Positions 19,719 to 29,863 of a stretch of 64,000 nucleotides of DNA are shown piece after piece. The position numbers and the translations under genes were made by a program. Position 1 is the stretch's first letter. The number at the start of each line of letters is the position of its first letter. Under the pieces are notes generated by a model. The model did no database searches. It was not told where the DNA came from and saw only the letters and a program-made list of their open reading frames with translations. This DNA comes from Nitrospirota bacterium. Lineage in GTDB: Bacteria > Nitrospirota > UBA9217. The DNA lies in NCBI GenBank assembly GCA_963737155.1, contig CAVTRN010000002.1, positions 2,848,001 to 2,912,000 on the forward strand, given 5' to 3'.

Positions 19719-20281
19719 TTAATTAAGCCTCATGTAACCTGCAGAGTAATGCGTAATCCCGCTTGTGAAAGACCTTCCCCTTGACAAGGGGACAATACGG
19801 TAATAATGTGTGCAAGAATTTTGGCACAATTTGTCAACGATGTCTAATGGTAGGGTAAAACACTATTATAATGGCTGCACACTGCAAGATTGTTTTCCCT
19901 GCTTCTCTCCGTGTCCTCCAAGAGTGTCACAGCATCTCAACTATCCCCCATTTTCTCGTCTCGAAGCTCTTTCTTCATTTACCGAAACTGATTGAGTCTG
20001 ATGTCATCTAAAGAATACATAGGAACCTCCTATCTGGTGAATTTTGTTTCCTCATAAACTAATTCTTAGCAGGAAGTTTCTATTTTGGGTAGTTTTAAAG
20101 AATTTTATCTCTATACTTTAATGGGGAAGTATAACCTCATGGTCTACCTATTATATAACGCAGTATTTTATGGATAGACACTAACGACGTAGAGTAAAGT
20201 CCTGAGGTAGTTTCAGGTTGAGCCTATCTATTTCTGTCCCCTTAGCTGGCAAAATTGTTTCAAATGTAAATTTATCATCCC

Positions 20282-20998
20282 CTATTTTCCGTGCTTTTTG
20301 CCGCTCTTTTCATTTTCTTTTACACATTCCCTGAAGTTTATAAGCAGTGACCTGTCCCAATCCGTCAATTCTGAGAATTCCACCCCTACGTCGTAATATG
20401 CACGCACTGTATCCTGAGTCATGCGACACGAAACAATTTTTCCCATAAAACTTACAGAATCACAAGCGTTAACTGACAACTCCATGAGAACCATGCTGTC
20501 TATCTTCAATTGATGATCAGTTTGGATAATTACACCACTCTGGCTAATATCTTTTACGCCGAACTGTGCGGGTAGCTTCAAAACTTCTTCGTTAGGCGTT
20601 GTGATGGAAAACTGAATGTCACGATAGAACCATTCAGGTCGCTCTGGTACTGGTGTTTTCTTGTTGTTTTCAATTGAATCGAGCAAATCCTTAACTTTAT
20701 CTGCTGATTCATCTTTGAACAATATACCTGCCGAGTAAATAGTGACTTTTTCTCCATCAGTTCTTTCTTCAATTCCGCTTAATTCGGAACGAACCACTAT
20801 CCCCTGTACATTAATATACTTTCTCTCGTACCCGAGCATCATCAAACACTCTTTCCCTATATTAAGCTTCCTGTCTGCTTTGAGCGCCACTCCACCCAAA
20901 CTAATATCAATAATTTCTACTTTACCGATTGAGCTTATCTTGCTGCTTAGATCGATTAAATCCAACCTGAATCTCTGGTGTCTTCTCATCTTCAGCAT
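20282..20998 (-). CDS. Tandem PilZ-domain protein
   Basis: Domain 1: RRHQRF and DISLGG. Domain 2: DISQSG and VGVEF, with a degenerate RxxxR. Confidence 0.88.
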   Translation of the reverse strand: MLKMRRHQRFRLDLIDLSSKISSIGKVEIIDISLGGVALKADRKLNIGKECLMMLGYERKYINVQGIVVRSELSGIEERTDGEKVTIYSAGILFKDESADKVKDLLDSIENNKKTPVPERPEWFYRDIQFSITTPNEEVLKLPAQFGVKDISQSGVIIQTDHQLKIDSMVLMELSVNACDSVSFMGKIVSCRMTQDTVRAYYDVGVEFSELTDWDRSLLINFRECVKENEKSGKKHGK

Positions 20999-21186
20999 CC
21001 TGTAACTCCAATTGTTATTCTCTGGTATTGTGAAGATGACGATGAGCTTATAAATTGCTCATATGATCGTAATTTATATTTTCGGCGATCTTTGCCCGTT
21101 CTTCTCTCTTTGCCGCTTCTTCGCTCCGGCCCTTTGTAATTTGGGTCGTTTAGTTTTCTTCTATCTTCACCTGATCTTCGACTCAT
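20992..21186 (-). CDS. Small arginine-rich peptide (DRR/ERR repeats, YKGPERR motif)
   Basis: MSRRSGEDRRKLNDPNYKGPERRSGKERRTGKDRRK; GAGGGG upstream; stop codon overlaps the PilZ gene start region. Confidence 0.65.
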   Translation of the reverse strand: MSRRSGEDRRKLNDPNYKGPERRSGKERRTGKDRRKYKLRSYEQFISSSSSSQYQRITIGVTGC

Positions 21187-21383
21187 CTGAGTGCAATGCC
21201 CCTCACAACAGTTTGTTTCTCGAGCTCACAATGAACGGAATAGTCTACGGATTGCCTTCACGACAACCTCGCCAGCACCAATACCGACAAGAATACTCAC
21301 CCAGGAATGAGCTCATCTTCAAGGCTTTAGTCAAGGTGCAGGGACAATGCGCCGCAAAAAGTTTTTCTCTCCCAACCATGTTA

Positions 21384-22498
21384 TTAATCGTCTCATAATA
21401 GTATTAACACTAATTATGCCGCATACTTTGTTGTTTCGTTATTAAAGTAAGCGCGCACACGATCAGGAGACTTTTGGATAAACCTCAAATGACTGACTAC
21501 TGCACCATGTAATTGTTCCGGTGAACTAATTGCCTGACGACCAACTGCATTGTTCTTCAGGTCATTCCAGACTCTCTCATCGGGATTCAGCTCTGGAGAA
21601 TACGGCGGTAAAAAGAACAGACGAAACTTTTCCTTAATGGTTTCAATATAGTTAGAAACCTTGCGAGACTTGTGTGACGGATGACCATCAACGATGAGAA
21701 ATATCATCCGTTTGCTGCCTTGAATAAGCCGCTTTATGAATTCAATAAATTGCTGCGACGCTACGCGACCTTTGACTACCATGAACCTAAATTCGCCTTG
21801 TGCACTAACAGCCGAAATCATATTCAATCCGAAGCGCGCTCCTGTGCTGCTCACAATCGGGGTCTCACCCTTCATGGCCCAAGTGGTGCCCGCATGATGA
21901 TCAGAGCGAACGCCAGCTTCATCTCCAAAGAAGATTTGAGCCTTCATGCGACGCGCCATGCTTCGTATCCGAGGATACTCCTTCTCCAGCCACTCCTGAA
22001 CCGCTGCCGGCTTTTGCTGATAGGCACGCCAAACAGGACGCTGTGGAGTCAATCCCAACTGTCCCAGCAAACGACAAACGGATGCTTTGCTCAATCTCAT
22101 ACCAAATCGCTTATATATTACCTGCCCAATGATCTTCGCTGTCCACAGGGCATAGGTAAACTTCAACTGAAGCGGATTTTTCGTGGTCACAGTACGATAA
22201 ACCCATTCTATAGCCTTAGCATCCATTTTTGGCGGGCGACCGCCTCGTTTGTTGGCATCAAGAGCACCCCAGCCCCCGTTTCGATATCGTGCCAACCAGC
22301 CATAGATGGTGACGCGATTTATACCCAGGGCTTTGGCCACCAGTTCGGGGCTTTGTCCTTCCTGGACACTATTTACCGCACGCTTTCTGAGCTCAGTCAG
22401 AGTTTTATGGTCAAGATTTCTCGCATCTGCTTTTTTCTTCATGAAAATAACTATACCACAGATGCAAGATTATGTCAATACTATTATGAGACGGTTAA
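21384..22498 (-). mobile_element. IS630-family insertion sequence, intact
   Basis: 26-bp terminal inverted repeats TTAATCGTCTCATAATAGTATTAACA / TGTCAATACTATTATGAGACGGTTAA (2 mismatches), flanked by a TA duplication at 21382-21383 and 22499-22500. Confidence 0.95.
21414..22442 (-). CDS. IS630 transposase
   Basis: HTH domains; DDE motifs FGDEAG, IVDGHPSH, LPPYSPELNPDE. Confidence 0.95.
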   Translation of the reverse strand: MKKKADARNLDHKTLTELRKRAVNSVQEGQSPELVAKALGINRVTIYGWLARYRNGGWGALDANKRGGRPPKMDAKAIEWVYRTVTTKNPLQLKFTYALWTAKIIGQVIYKRFGMRLSKASVCRLLGQLGLTPQRPVWRAYQQKPAAVQEWLEKEYPRIRSMARRMKAQIFFGDEAGVRSDHHAGTTWAMKGETPIVSSTGARFGLNMISAVSAQGEFRFMVVKGRVASQQFIEFIKRLIQGSKRMIFLIVDGHPSHKSRKVSNYIETIKEKFRLFFLPPYSPELNPDERVWNDLKNNAVGRQAISSPEQLHGAVVSHLRFIQKSPDRVRAYFNNETTKYAA

Positions 22499-22631
22499 TA
22501 TTGAGCAGATTAAAGTCTATGTTAATGTATAGAATGGGTTTTTTTACCAAAAAAAACACAGCTGAATACTGTTGAAAGTTTATGCGTTATAATAATGAAC
22601 GGTGTCAAAACTGACAGGAAATTCTATATTA

Positions 22632-22765
22632 ATGAACCTTCCCGCAGCAAGCTGCGGGATATCTATAAAAAAGGAGGACGATTATCTTTTGAGAAACCTG
22701 CAATTTCTCAAACTCTTCCCTCTATGCGGTGACCCTGTAGCAAGCTACAGGGAATTGCAAATTAA
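22632..22765 (+). repeat. Hairpin-bounded ~135-bp miniature element, copy 2
   Basis: CCCGCAGC-AA-GCTGCGGG hairpin, central TTTGAGAAA..TTTCTCAAA hairpin, CCCTGTAGC-AA-GCTACAGGG hairpin. Confidence 0.85.
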
Positions 22766-23233
22766 TTAGCACAGCAAAAAAATATTTTTTTTAAAACCTA
22801 CCCAATCCTGAAACCTCCTGCTAAGCATAAATTCACTCTCGCAATTATATCTTCGGGTAAAAAAGTTTCGAATGGATAATTTTGATGATACCAAGCTTCG
22901 GGATTTTTGTCAATTTAGGAACAAATTTCGAATTCTGTGGAGTATATGATCGTTGATCTTGACATTGCCGAGGAGAAACTCACGCATTCTTCTGCACAGC
23001 AACCGGCACCGCACTTTACGTTAGCATGTTCCTGAACAATATCGTCGGAGGGTTTCGCAAGCTGCCCGTACAGGTCTCGAGCTGAAAATGGAGAGCACGA
23101 TCTCTCAATGAGATCCTTTCATTATCAAGAATGGCGGATATGACTGCACAATGCTCAACTACTACTTAATCCTGTGGTTATATCACTCGTTGGATGTGTA
23201 CGTTGCCCCGCCATTTGCGCGTGTTAGGTTCTA

Positions 23234-23599
23234 TTAATTATCATCCAACAACTCTGTACGCACCAAGGCAAGGATCGCCGAGTGAGGGACGATAAGGTAC
23301 TTCTTCTCCTCGAACTCTATCTCCATAGCCAAATCCTTGAGAAAAATGGCATAATCCCCTTCCGAAGCTTGGAGTGGAAGGTACCTTACTTCCTTCTTTC
23401 CCGTAGTCCACGACTCGTCAGGCGCAGTGTCCGGGATCGCGTATCCCGGGCCGACGTTCACTACATGACCGCCGAGAATTTTTTCCTTTTCCTTGACCGA
23501 GGGAGGAAGATAGAGCCCCGACGTAGTCTTGTCCATCATTTCATCGGGATTGATGAGGACCCTATCCCCGACGATAATAATGTTCTTTTTGGTTTTCAT
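23234..23599 (-). CDS. Orphan GroES/Cpn10-family co-chaperonin
   Basis: VGDRVLINP, KTTSGLYLP mobile loop, VGPG, KYLIVPHSAIL; no groEL adjacent. Confidence 0.85.
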   Translation of the reverse strand: MKTKKNIIIVGDRVLINPDEMMDKTTSGLYLPPSVKEKEKILGGHVVNVGPGYAIPDTAPDESWTTGKKEVRYLPLQASEGDYAIFLKDLAMEIEFEEKKYLIVPHSAILALVRTELLDDN

Positions 23600-24044
23600 G
23601 GCCACCCTCACAACTCTGGATAGTCCCATGGCAGATGATGTGCTTTTTTTTGCCCGCCACATGGGCAAGAATCCCCGCAATCCGATATCTGCGATCCGCG
23701 AACCAGCGATATGCAATACGGGACAATGCTGATAAGCCTGGCACTTTGAACAGCACCGCAGCAAAATGATAACGCCTGAGGCGCCGAACGATCTCAGGCA
23801 AGGCTTTCTCTCCCACTAGCACCGTGCCGCCAGGAAGAACCAGGTGCATAGCACTCGTGCACGCAGCCTGCTCAATTTCAGGAAATCGGGAGGTCATAAT
23901 TTCCGACTGGCAAGGTAACATTTCAAAGGAATCTCGCACTTCGTTTTCGCCGATCCATTTCACTGAATTCGAACAGATTGAACAGTTTTTGTCGAAAATA
24001 AACGCTGCTTTCCCTGTATTAAGTCCCTCTCGATGCTGTTTCAT
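23562..24044 (-). CDS. DCC/DUF393 thiol-disulfide oxidoreductase
   Basis: FDKNCSIC (DxxCxxC) and AYRWFADRRYRI. Confidence 0.85.
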   Translation of the reverse strand: MKQHREGLNTGKAAFIFDKNCSICSNSVKWIGENEVRDSFEMLPCQSEIMTSRFPEIEQAACTSAMHLVLPGGTVLVGEKALPEIVRRLRRYHFAAVLFKVPGLSALSRIAYRWFADRRYRIAGILAHVAGKKKHIICHGTIQSCEGGHENQKEHYYRRG

Positions 24045-24351
24045 ATCATTGACGTATCTTCCATTTCATCCAAGGAAACCGCTTTAGCTGATATATCTTT
24101 CCCTCATTACTATTTATAGCGCCTGTAACACACCTATGTCAAGATGAAGATGCAGAATGATATGTCGGATCGCGAACATAAAATTAGCTGCAAAGAATAC
24201 ACACTTAGCGATCCGGAAATGTATAATTTCATATATCTATTGTAATTCCACCTGCCCGGTCGTTTGACTACACCGAACAGCAGACCCTCTTCTTATCTGT
24301 CCCTCGTGGAAAGCATAATGGCGGTTTTTTGGATGAGTTCCGGCATAACGT

Positions 24352-25623
24352 TCATAGATTCCCTCTCAGTCTCTCAGCCTGGAGAATCCGCTTAACCGCT
24401 AGTTCATAGGCTGCCTTGCGCATCCTGCACCGCTTTTCACGACAGTGGCCGCTGACATCGTTGAATGCAGTGATCATGGTCTGTTTTAGTTTTTCGAGAA
24501 CTTTATCTTCCGGCCAAGCTTCGCCGCTGAGGTTCTGGCTCCACTCGAAGAAGCTTACCACCACGCCGCCGGCATTGGCAAGGATATCCGGGATAAGCAG
24601 GACGTCCCTGCTGAAAAAGATATCGTCCGCCGTCGCCGTGGTCGGCGCATTCGCGAGTTCAAGGATGATCTCCGCTTTCACATCTTTTGCGTTTCCTGCA
24701 TTAAGCTGGTTTGAAAGCGCTGCTGGAACCAGCACGTTGCAGTCTGAGGTCAAAATTTCGGCGTTGGAGATATCCCGGCCGCCAGGGAATTTCGTGACGC
24801 TGCCCATTTTATTCTTGTGCTGCATTACCGCAGGGATGTCCAGTCCATCCTGGTTCAGGATGCCACCGTTCACATCGCTGACTGCAATGACGCAGTACCC
24901 TCGTTCGAAGAGCAGGCGTGCAGTGTTTTCGCCGACGTTGCCGAATCCCTGGACAGCCACGCGAAGTTTCCCGGGCTCCATGCCACGGTCCTTTATTGCC
25001 TGTTCAAGTACATGAATCCCTCCCAAAGCCGTTGAATACCGCCGTGCTCTGATGCCACCCAGCTCCGCCGGCTTTCCCGTGACGACTGCAGGAACATGTT
25101 CCCGCTTGATCCGCTCGTACTCATCGAGGATCCACGCCATGATCTGTTCGTCGGTATAGACGTCCGGAGCTGGAATATCCTTGAACGGCCCAATGTAGTC
25201 GGCAATGGCCCGGATATATCCGCGAGTCACTCGTTCGAGATCGCGGTGGGACAGGTCAAGAGGATCGACAGCCACGCCGCCCTTGGCGCCGCCAAAGGGG
25301 ATGTTCACCACCGCGCATTTGAGCGCCATGAGAAATGCAAGCTCGCGTGCATGCTCCTCATCCATCTCAGGATGAAAACGGATGCCGCCTTTAGAGGGCC
25401 CCCGCGCGTCGTTGTACTGGACACGATAACCGGTGAACATCTGCGATTTTCCCATCGTCAGTTTGACGGGAAAGGTCACGGTAAAGGACCTGCGAGGCAT
25501 GGACAGTAGAGCGAGTTCGTCCTTCGTGAGCCCGAGGTCGGCATAGATTGTCTGCAGTTCGGTCATGCCGAGACTGCGTAGATCTTTTTCGTCAAGATGA
25601 AGCCGTTCATGGTTGCGGTTCAT
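24352..25623 (-). CDS. gdhA: Glu/Leu/Phe/Val dehydrogenase (glutamate dehydrogenase)
   Basis: GPSKGGIRFHP, PFGGAKGG, DIPAPDV, QGFGNVG, PDILANAGGV. Confidence 0.9.
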   Translation of the reverse strand: MNRNHERLHLDEKDLRSLGMTELQTIYADLGLTKDELALLSMPRRSFTVTFPVKLTMGKSQMFTGYRVQYNDARGPSKGGIRFHPEMDEEHARELAFLMALKCAVVNIPFGGAKGGVAVDPLDLSHRDLERVTRGYIRAIADYIGPFKDIPAPDVYTDEQIMAWILDEYERIKREHVPAVVTGKPAELGGIRARRYSTALGGIHVLEQAIKDRGMEPGKLRVAVQGFGNVGENTARLLFERGYCVIAVSDVNGGILNQDGLDIPAVMQHKNKMGSVTKFPGGRDISNAEILTSDCNVLVPAALSNQLNAGNAKDVKAEIILELANAPTTATADDIFFSRDVLLIPDILANAGGVVVSFFEWSQNLSGEAWPEDKVLEKLKQTMITAFNDVSGHCREKRCRMRKAAYELAVKRILQAERLRGNL

Positions 25624-25725
25624 GGAAACCCCCAAGAAAGTTCAAAGTTCGCCGTTCAAAGAAGGCAGGCTTAGCCCTAAGATGCTTATCTTTTTGAATA
25701 TAAACTTCGAACCGTTATTTTTATT

Positions 25726-27147
25726 TTACTTTACCAGCCCCGTCTTCCTCGCCGTTTCAGCGACAGCGGCGGCAACATGAACGGGTACTTTCCGATCGAA
25801 TGGACTAGGAATGATATAGTCCTCATGTAGTTCCTCGGCTTCGATGCTATGAGCAATGGCCTTTGCCGCAGCAAGCTTCACTGCCTCGTTCACGCCGCGC
25901 GCCCGTACATCGAGCAGCCCTCGGAAGATGCCGGGGAAGCCGAGCATATTGTTAATCTGATTGGGATAGTCCGACCTTCCCGTGGCCATGATCCGGACGA
26001 GCGGTAGAGCTTCTTCAGGCGCGATCTCTGGGTCAGGGTTTGCGAGTGCAAATACGACGGGGTTCTTCACCATTCTGCGGATGTCGTCCGCGGTAATCAC
26101 GTTTGGAGCTGAAAGGCCGATGAACACGTCCGCTCCCTTCATAGCGTCGGATATACTCCCCTTTACCCTGCGGGGATTGGTAATCTTTGCGAGCTCACGC
26201 TTTGCATGGTCCATCCACCCTTTCCTTCCGCTATACAGCGCTCCGGTGCGGTCACAAACAATAATATCGCGAACGCCCGATGCAAGCATAATTTTCGTTA
26301 CCGCAGTCCCAGCTGCACCGGCACCGACCACGACGATCTTGAATTTTTTCAGGTCCCGCTTAAGGAGCCGCGAAACATTTATAAGCGCTGCAAGGGCGAC
26401 GACCGCAGTCCCGTGCTGGTCATCATGGAACACAGGGATGTCGAGCATCTTCCGAAGCCTCGTTTCCACCTCGAAGCAGTGGGGCGCGGCGAAATCTTCC
26501 AGGTTGATGCCGCCGAACGTCGGTGCGAGGTTCTTCACCGTAGTTACGATCTCGTCAATGTCTTTGGTTGCAAGGACGATCGGGAATGCATCGATGCCCG
26601 CGAACTCCTTGAATATCATAGCTTTGCCTTCCATGACTGGAAGTGCCGCTTCGGGCCCTATGTCGCCCAAGCCAAGCACGGCGGTGCCGTCTGAAACTAC
26701 TGCTACAGAATTGCCTTTGATCGTGTATCTGTAAGCGTGTTCCTTATTTTGATAGATATCCATGCAGACCCGCGCCACGCCAGGTGTGTACACTTTGGAG
26801 AGGTCGTTTCGGTCGCGCATTGGCAGTTTGTTTTTCACCTCAATTTTTCCGCCTTCGTGGGCCAAAAAAGTCCGGTCCATGATTCGAAGCACCTTAACGC
26901 CCGCGATCGCCCTGATTCCCTTCACAATCGCTTTTTCGTGATCCTCGTTCTGTGCGTTTGCCGTCACGTCTCGGATGATCTTTCCCTTTTCCACGCGTAC
27001 GATGTCCACGGACCCCAAGTCCCCCCCCGCGTTCGAAATGGCCATAGCGATCTTCGCAAACATCCCGATCCTATTTTCAATCTCAACCCTTATGGTGATG
27101 CTGTAGCTGGGACTGCATCTCAAACCCGAAACACAGATATCTTTCAT
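25726..27147 (-). CDS. NAD(P)-dependent malic enzyme with N-terminal ACT domain
   Basis: N-terminal ACT domain; YTPGVA, DGTAVLGLG, FHDDQHGT, GAGAAG, ANPDPEI, NQINN. Confidence 0.92.
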   Translation of the reverse strand: MKDICVSGLRCSPSYSITIRVEIENRIGMFAKIAMAISNAGGDLGSVDIVRVEKGKIIRDVTANAQNEDHEKAIVKGIRAIAGVKVLRIMDRTFLAHEGGKIEVKNKLPMRDRNDLSKVYTPGVARVCMDIYQNKEHAYRYTIKGNSVAVVSDGTAVLGLGDIGPEAALPVMEGKAMIFKEFAGIDAFPIVLATKDIDEIVTTVKNLAPTFGGINLEDFAAPHCFEVETRLRKMLDIPVFHDDQHGTAVVALAALINVSRLLKRDLKKFKIVVVGAGAAGTAVTKIMLASGVRDIIVCDRTGALYSGRKGWMDHAKRELAKITNPRRVKGSISDAMKGADVFIGLSAPNVITADDIRRMVKNPVVFALANPDPEIAPEEALPLVRIMATGRSDYPNQINNMLGFPGIFRGLLDVRARGVNEAVKLAAAKAIAHSIEAEELHEDYIIPSPFDRKVPVHVAAAVAETARKTGLVK

Positions 27148-27609
27148 CGTCGGTCACCTCTTTCTTTATTATAAAGGCAATCATGGCGAGGGTCAACTCC
27201 TGCAACCCAAGACAATAGTAAAGTGACATGGTCATCGACCATTGCTTTTCTTTTGGTTTTATGATCAATATTTTCTCAATATGTTTTTTGATGCACCAAG
27301 ATATGCAACAGGGTTTACAAGTTGAAAGCCTGCTCCACGGAGAAGATTGGCGGTCGAGTGGAATGATGGCTAATTTAAGCATTCGTTTTTCCTTTATTTA
27401 GGACCTTACGGAACGAGTGGGTAGCCTAAAATCCAGCACGAAAAGCAGAGTATCCCCTGGCTGCTAAATGGTAATTGCCCATATTCTCAGTCGCTTATGC
27501 AGTTTTAGGTCGCCAAAATTCGAAACCACATATATGGCATCCACAATAAACTCAGCAGCGGTAAAAATCAGGATGCAAAACATCTCAAGAATCTGTATAA
27601 TAAAAATAC

Positions 27610-29010
27610 ATGTCCTATTTTCGCATCGAAAAAGATTCACTCGGTGAAATAAAGGTCCCGAAGGATGCACTCTACGGTGCCCAGACCCAGCGCGCTGTTG
27701 ATAACTTTCCCGTAAGTGGTATCCGCTTTCCCCGCGTCTTTATCCGAAGCCTTGGGCTCATCAAAGCCGTGGCCGCTGAAGTGAACGCAGGGCTGGGATT
27801 GCTCGACGTCGGAATCGCGAATTCGATCCATCTGGCCGCGCTCGAAGTGGCTGACGGTACGTGGGACAATCATTTCCCGATAGACATCTTCCAAACCGGC
27901 TCTGGCACCTCCACGAACATGAATGCCAACGAAGTGATAGCAAACCGGGCCTCTCAAATCCTAGGTTCAACCACAGAGACGGTCCACCCCAACAATCATG
28001 TGAACATGGGGCAGTCTTCGAATGATGTTATCCCGACGGTTATTCACGTGAGCGCGTATCTCGAACTAAGCGAAGTGCTTCTTCCCGCGTTCAGACATCT
28101 CCATGCTTCGCTAAAAAACCGGGAAACTGAATTCTGCGAAGTCGTGAAGACCGGCAGAACGCACCTGATGGATGCTATGCCGGTAACGCTGGGACAGGAG
28201 ATAAGCGGCTGGGCCTTCCAGGTCGAGCAAGCTATCGAACGGATACAATCCTCCCTGCCCCGCCTGGCACAGCTCGCTATCGGAGGTACCGCAGTAGGTA
28301 CGGGCGTCAACGCGCCCGCGGACTTCGGGAAAATCGTGTCTGCAAGGCTTGCGGGCCGAACCTCCTTGCCCTTTCTAGAGACGGCGAATCATTTCTCATC
28401 GCAGGCGACCATGGACGCGGCTGTTGAACTTTCCGGCCAGCTCAAGACCACCGCGTCATCCTTCATGAAAATAGCCAATGATCTCCGATGGATGAACAGC
28501 GGACCTCTCGCGGGTCTAGGTGAGATTTCACTGCCTGCACTCCAGCCGGGCTCGAGCATCATGCCGGGGAAAGTGAACCCGGTTATGTGCGAGATGATGA
28601 TGATGGTCTGCACTCAGGTTACGGGCAATGACGCCGTGATCGCAACCAGCAACCATCTGGGCAATTTCGAACTGAACGTGATGCTGCCCGTGATTGCGCA
28701 CAATCTTCTTCAGTCGATCACCATCCTTGGCACTGCTTCGCGGCTCTTCGCGGACAAGGCAATTACCGGTTTTACTTTGAACCGGGAGCGCATCGCTGGT
28801 CTCGTGGACAAAAACCCAATCCTCGTCACGGCCTTGAATCCTGTTATCGGCTATGACACTGCCGCACAGATCGCAAAAAAAGCCTATGCTGAAGGACGAC
28901 CGTTGAAAGAAATTGCAGCTGAAATGACCAAACTTTCAAAGGAAGAACTGGATAGGCTGCTCGACCCAAAGCCCATGACCAAAGTCGGAATACCGAAAGG
29001 CAATAATTAA
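27610..29010 (+). CDS. fumC: Fumarate hydratase class II
   Basis: QTGSGTSTNMN, GRTHLMDA, PGSSIMPGKVNP. Confidence 0.95.
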   Translation: MSYFRIEKDSLGEIKVPKDALYGAQTQRAVDNFPVSGIRFPRVFIRSLGLIKAVAAEVNAGLGLLDVGIANSIHLAALEVADGTWDNHFPIDIFQTGSGTSTNMNANEVIANRASQILGSTTETVHPNNHVNMGQSSNDVIPTVIHVSAYLELSEVLLPAFRHLHASLKNRETEFCEVVKTGRTHLMDAMPVTLGQEISGWAFQVEQAIERIQSSLPRLAQLAIGGTAVGTGVNAPADFGKIVSARLAGRTSLPFLETANHFSSQATMDAAVELSGQLKTTASSFMKIANDLRWMNSGPLAGLGEISLPALQPGSSIMPGKVNPVMCEMMMMVCTQVTGNDAVIATSNHLGNFELNVMLPVIAHNLLQSITILGTASRLFADKAITGFTLNRERIAGLVDKNPILVTALNPVIGYDTAAQIAKKAYAEGRPLKEIAAEMTKLSKEELDRLLDPKPMTKVGIPKGNN

Positions 29011-29068
29011 CAAACGTTGGCAGTATCTAGATTTTTGCTTAACACGAAACGACAAACTAGACCCCAAA

Positions 29069-29749
29069 ATGAAGGATTCGTTCATGTTATTACCCATATC
29101 CACCGTCGGCAGAAAAATCATGGTGGCAATCACGGGCCAAATCCTCGTCATTTTCATATTATTTCACATATCAGGAAACTCCTCAATCTTTTTCCATAAA
29201 CTCAACGTCTATGTCGCCGCCCTCTATACCCTGCCGGTCTTTATTTGGGGTGGGCGTATTGTCCTTATCCTGTCCTTCATCCTCCATATGTGGTATGGTA
29301 TAATCCTGAAACTCGAAAACAGGAGTGCGAAACCTCAGTCCTACATTGTAACGAACTACCGCCAAGCAACACTTGCAGGCCGGTATCAGATTTGGACAGG
29401 CGTTATCATCGCGGCCTTCCTTATCTATCATCTTCTTCAATTCACCTTCCAGGTTACGAATCTCCAGAACGCGGCTGATACCCACCTGGATGCCCTCGGC
29501 AGACCGGATATTTTAATGATGGTCGTGCGCAATTTCCAGCAGATCGGCATTTCAGGAACATATATAATTTCCCTAGCCGCCTTGGGGCTGCACTTACTCC
29601 ACGGCATCCAGAGTTCTATCCAGACTTGGGGGCTGACAAATGACAGGACACTGCCGGTGATCGAGAAAACCGGAACGATCGCCTCAATCATTTTGTTTTT
29701 CTGGTATATATCCATACCGGTGACAATTTTTCTTGGAATTTTGAAGTAG
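29069..29749 (+). CDS. sdhC: Succinate dehydrogenase/fumarate reductase cytochrome b subunit
   Basis: STVGRKIMVAITG; heme-ligand histidines in TM helices; precedes sdhAB. Confidence 0.9.
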   Translation: MKDSFMLLPISTVGRKIMVAITGQILVIFILFHISGNSSIFFHKLNVYVAALYTLPVFIWGGRIVLILSFILHMWYGIILKLENRSAKPQSYIVTNYRQATLAGRYQIWTGVIIAAFLIYHLLQFTFQVTNLQNAADTHLDALGRPDILMMVVRNFQQIGISGTYIISLAALGLHLLHGIQSSIQTWGLTNDRTLPVIEKTGTIASIILFFWYISIPVTIFLGILK

Positions 29750-29863
29750 CAACTCTTTTCATCATTTCGGACCTAATCCGGAATCCAGTTGTATGAAACT
29801 GAGCCTCCGGATTTCCGCCATCGCGGGACAGACGATCATAACGTTTCAATGGCAAGGAGCACT

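Noticed and set aside
22945-23225. Coding-like GC-richer patch with an RBS and ATG
   Set aside because: Multiple stops and no recognisable homology.
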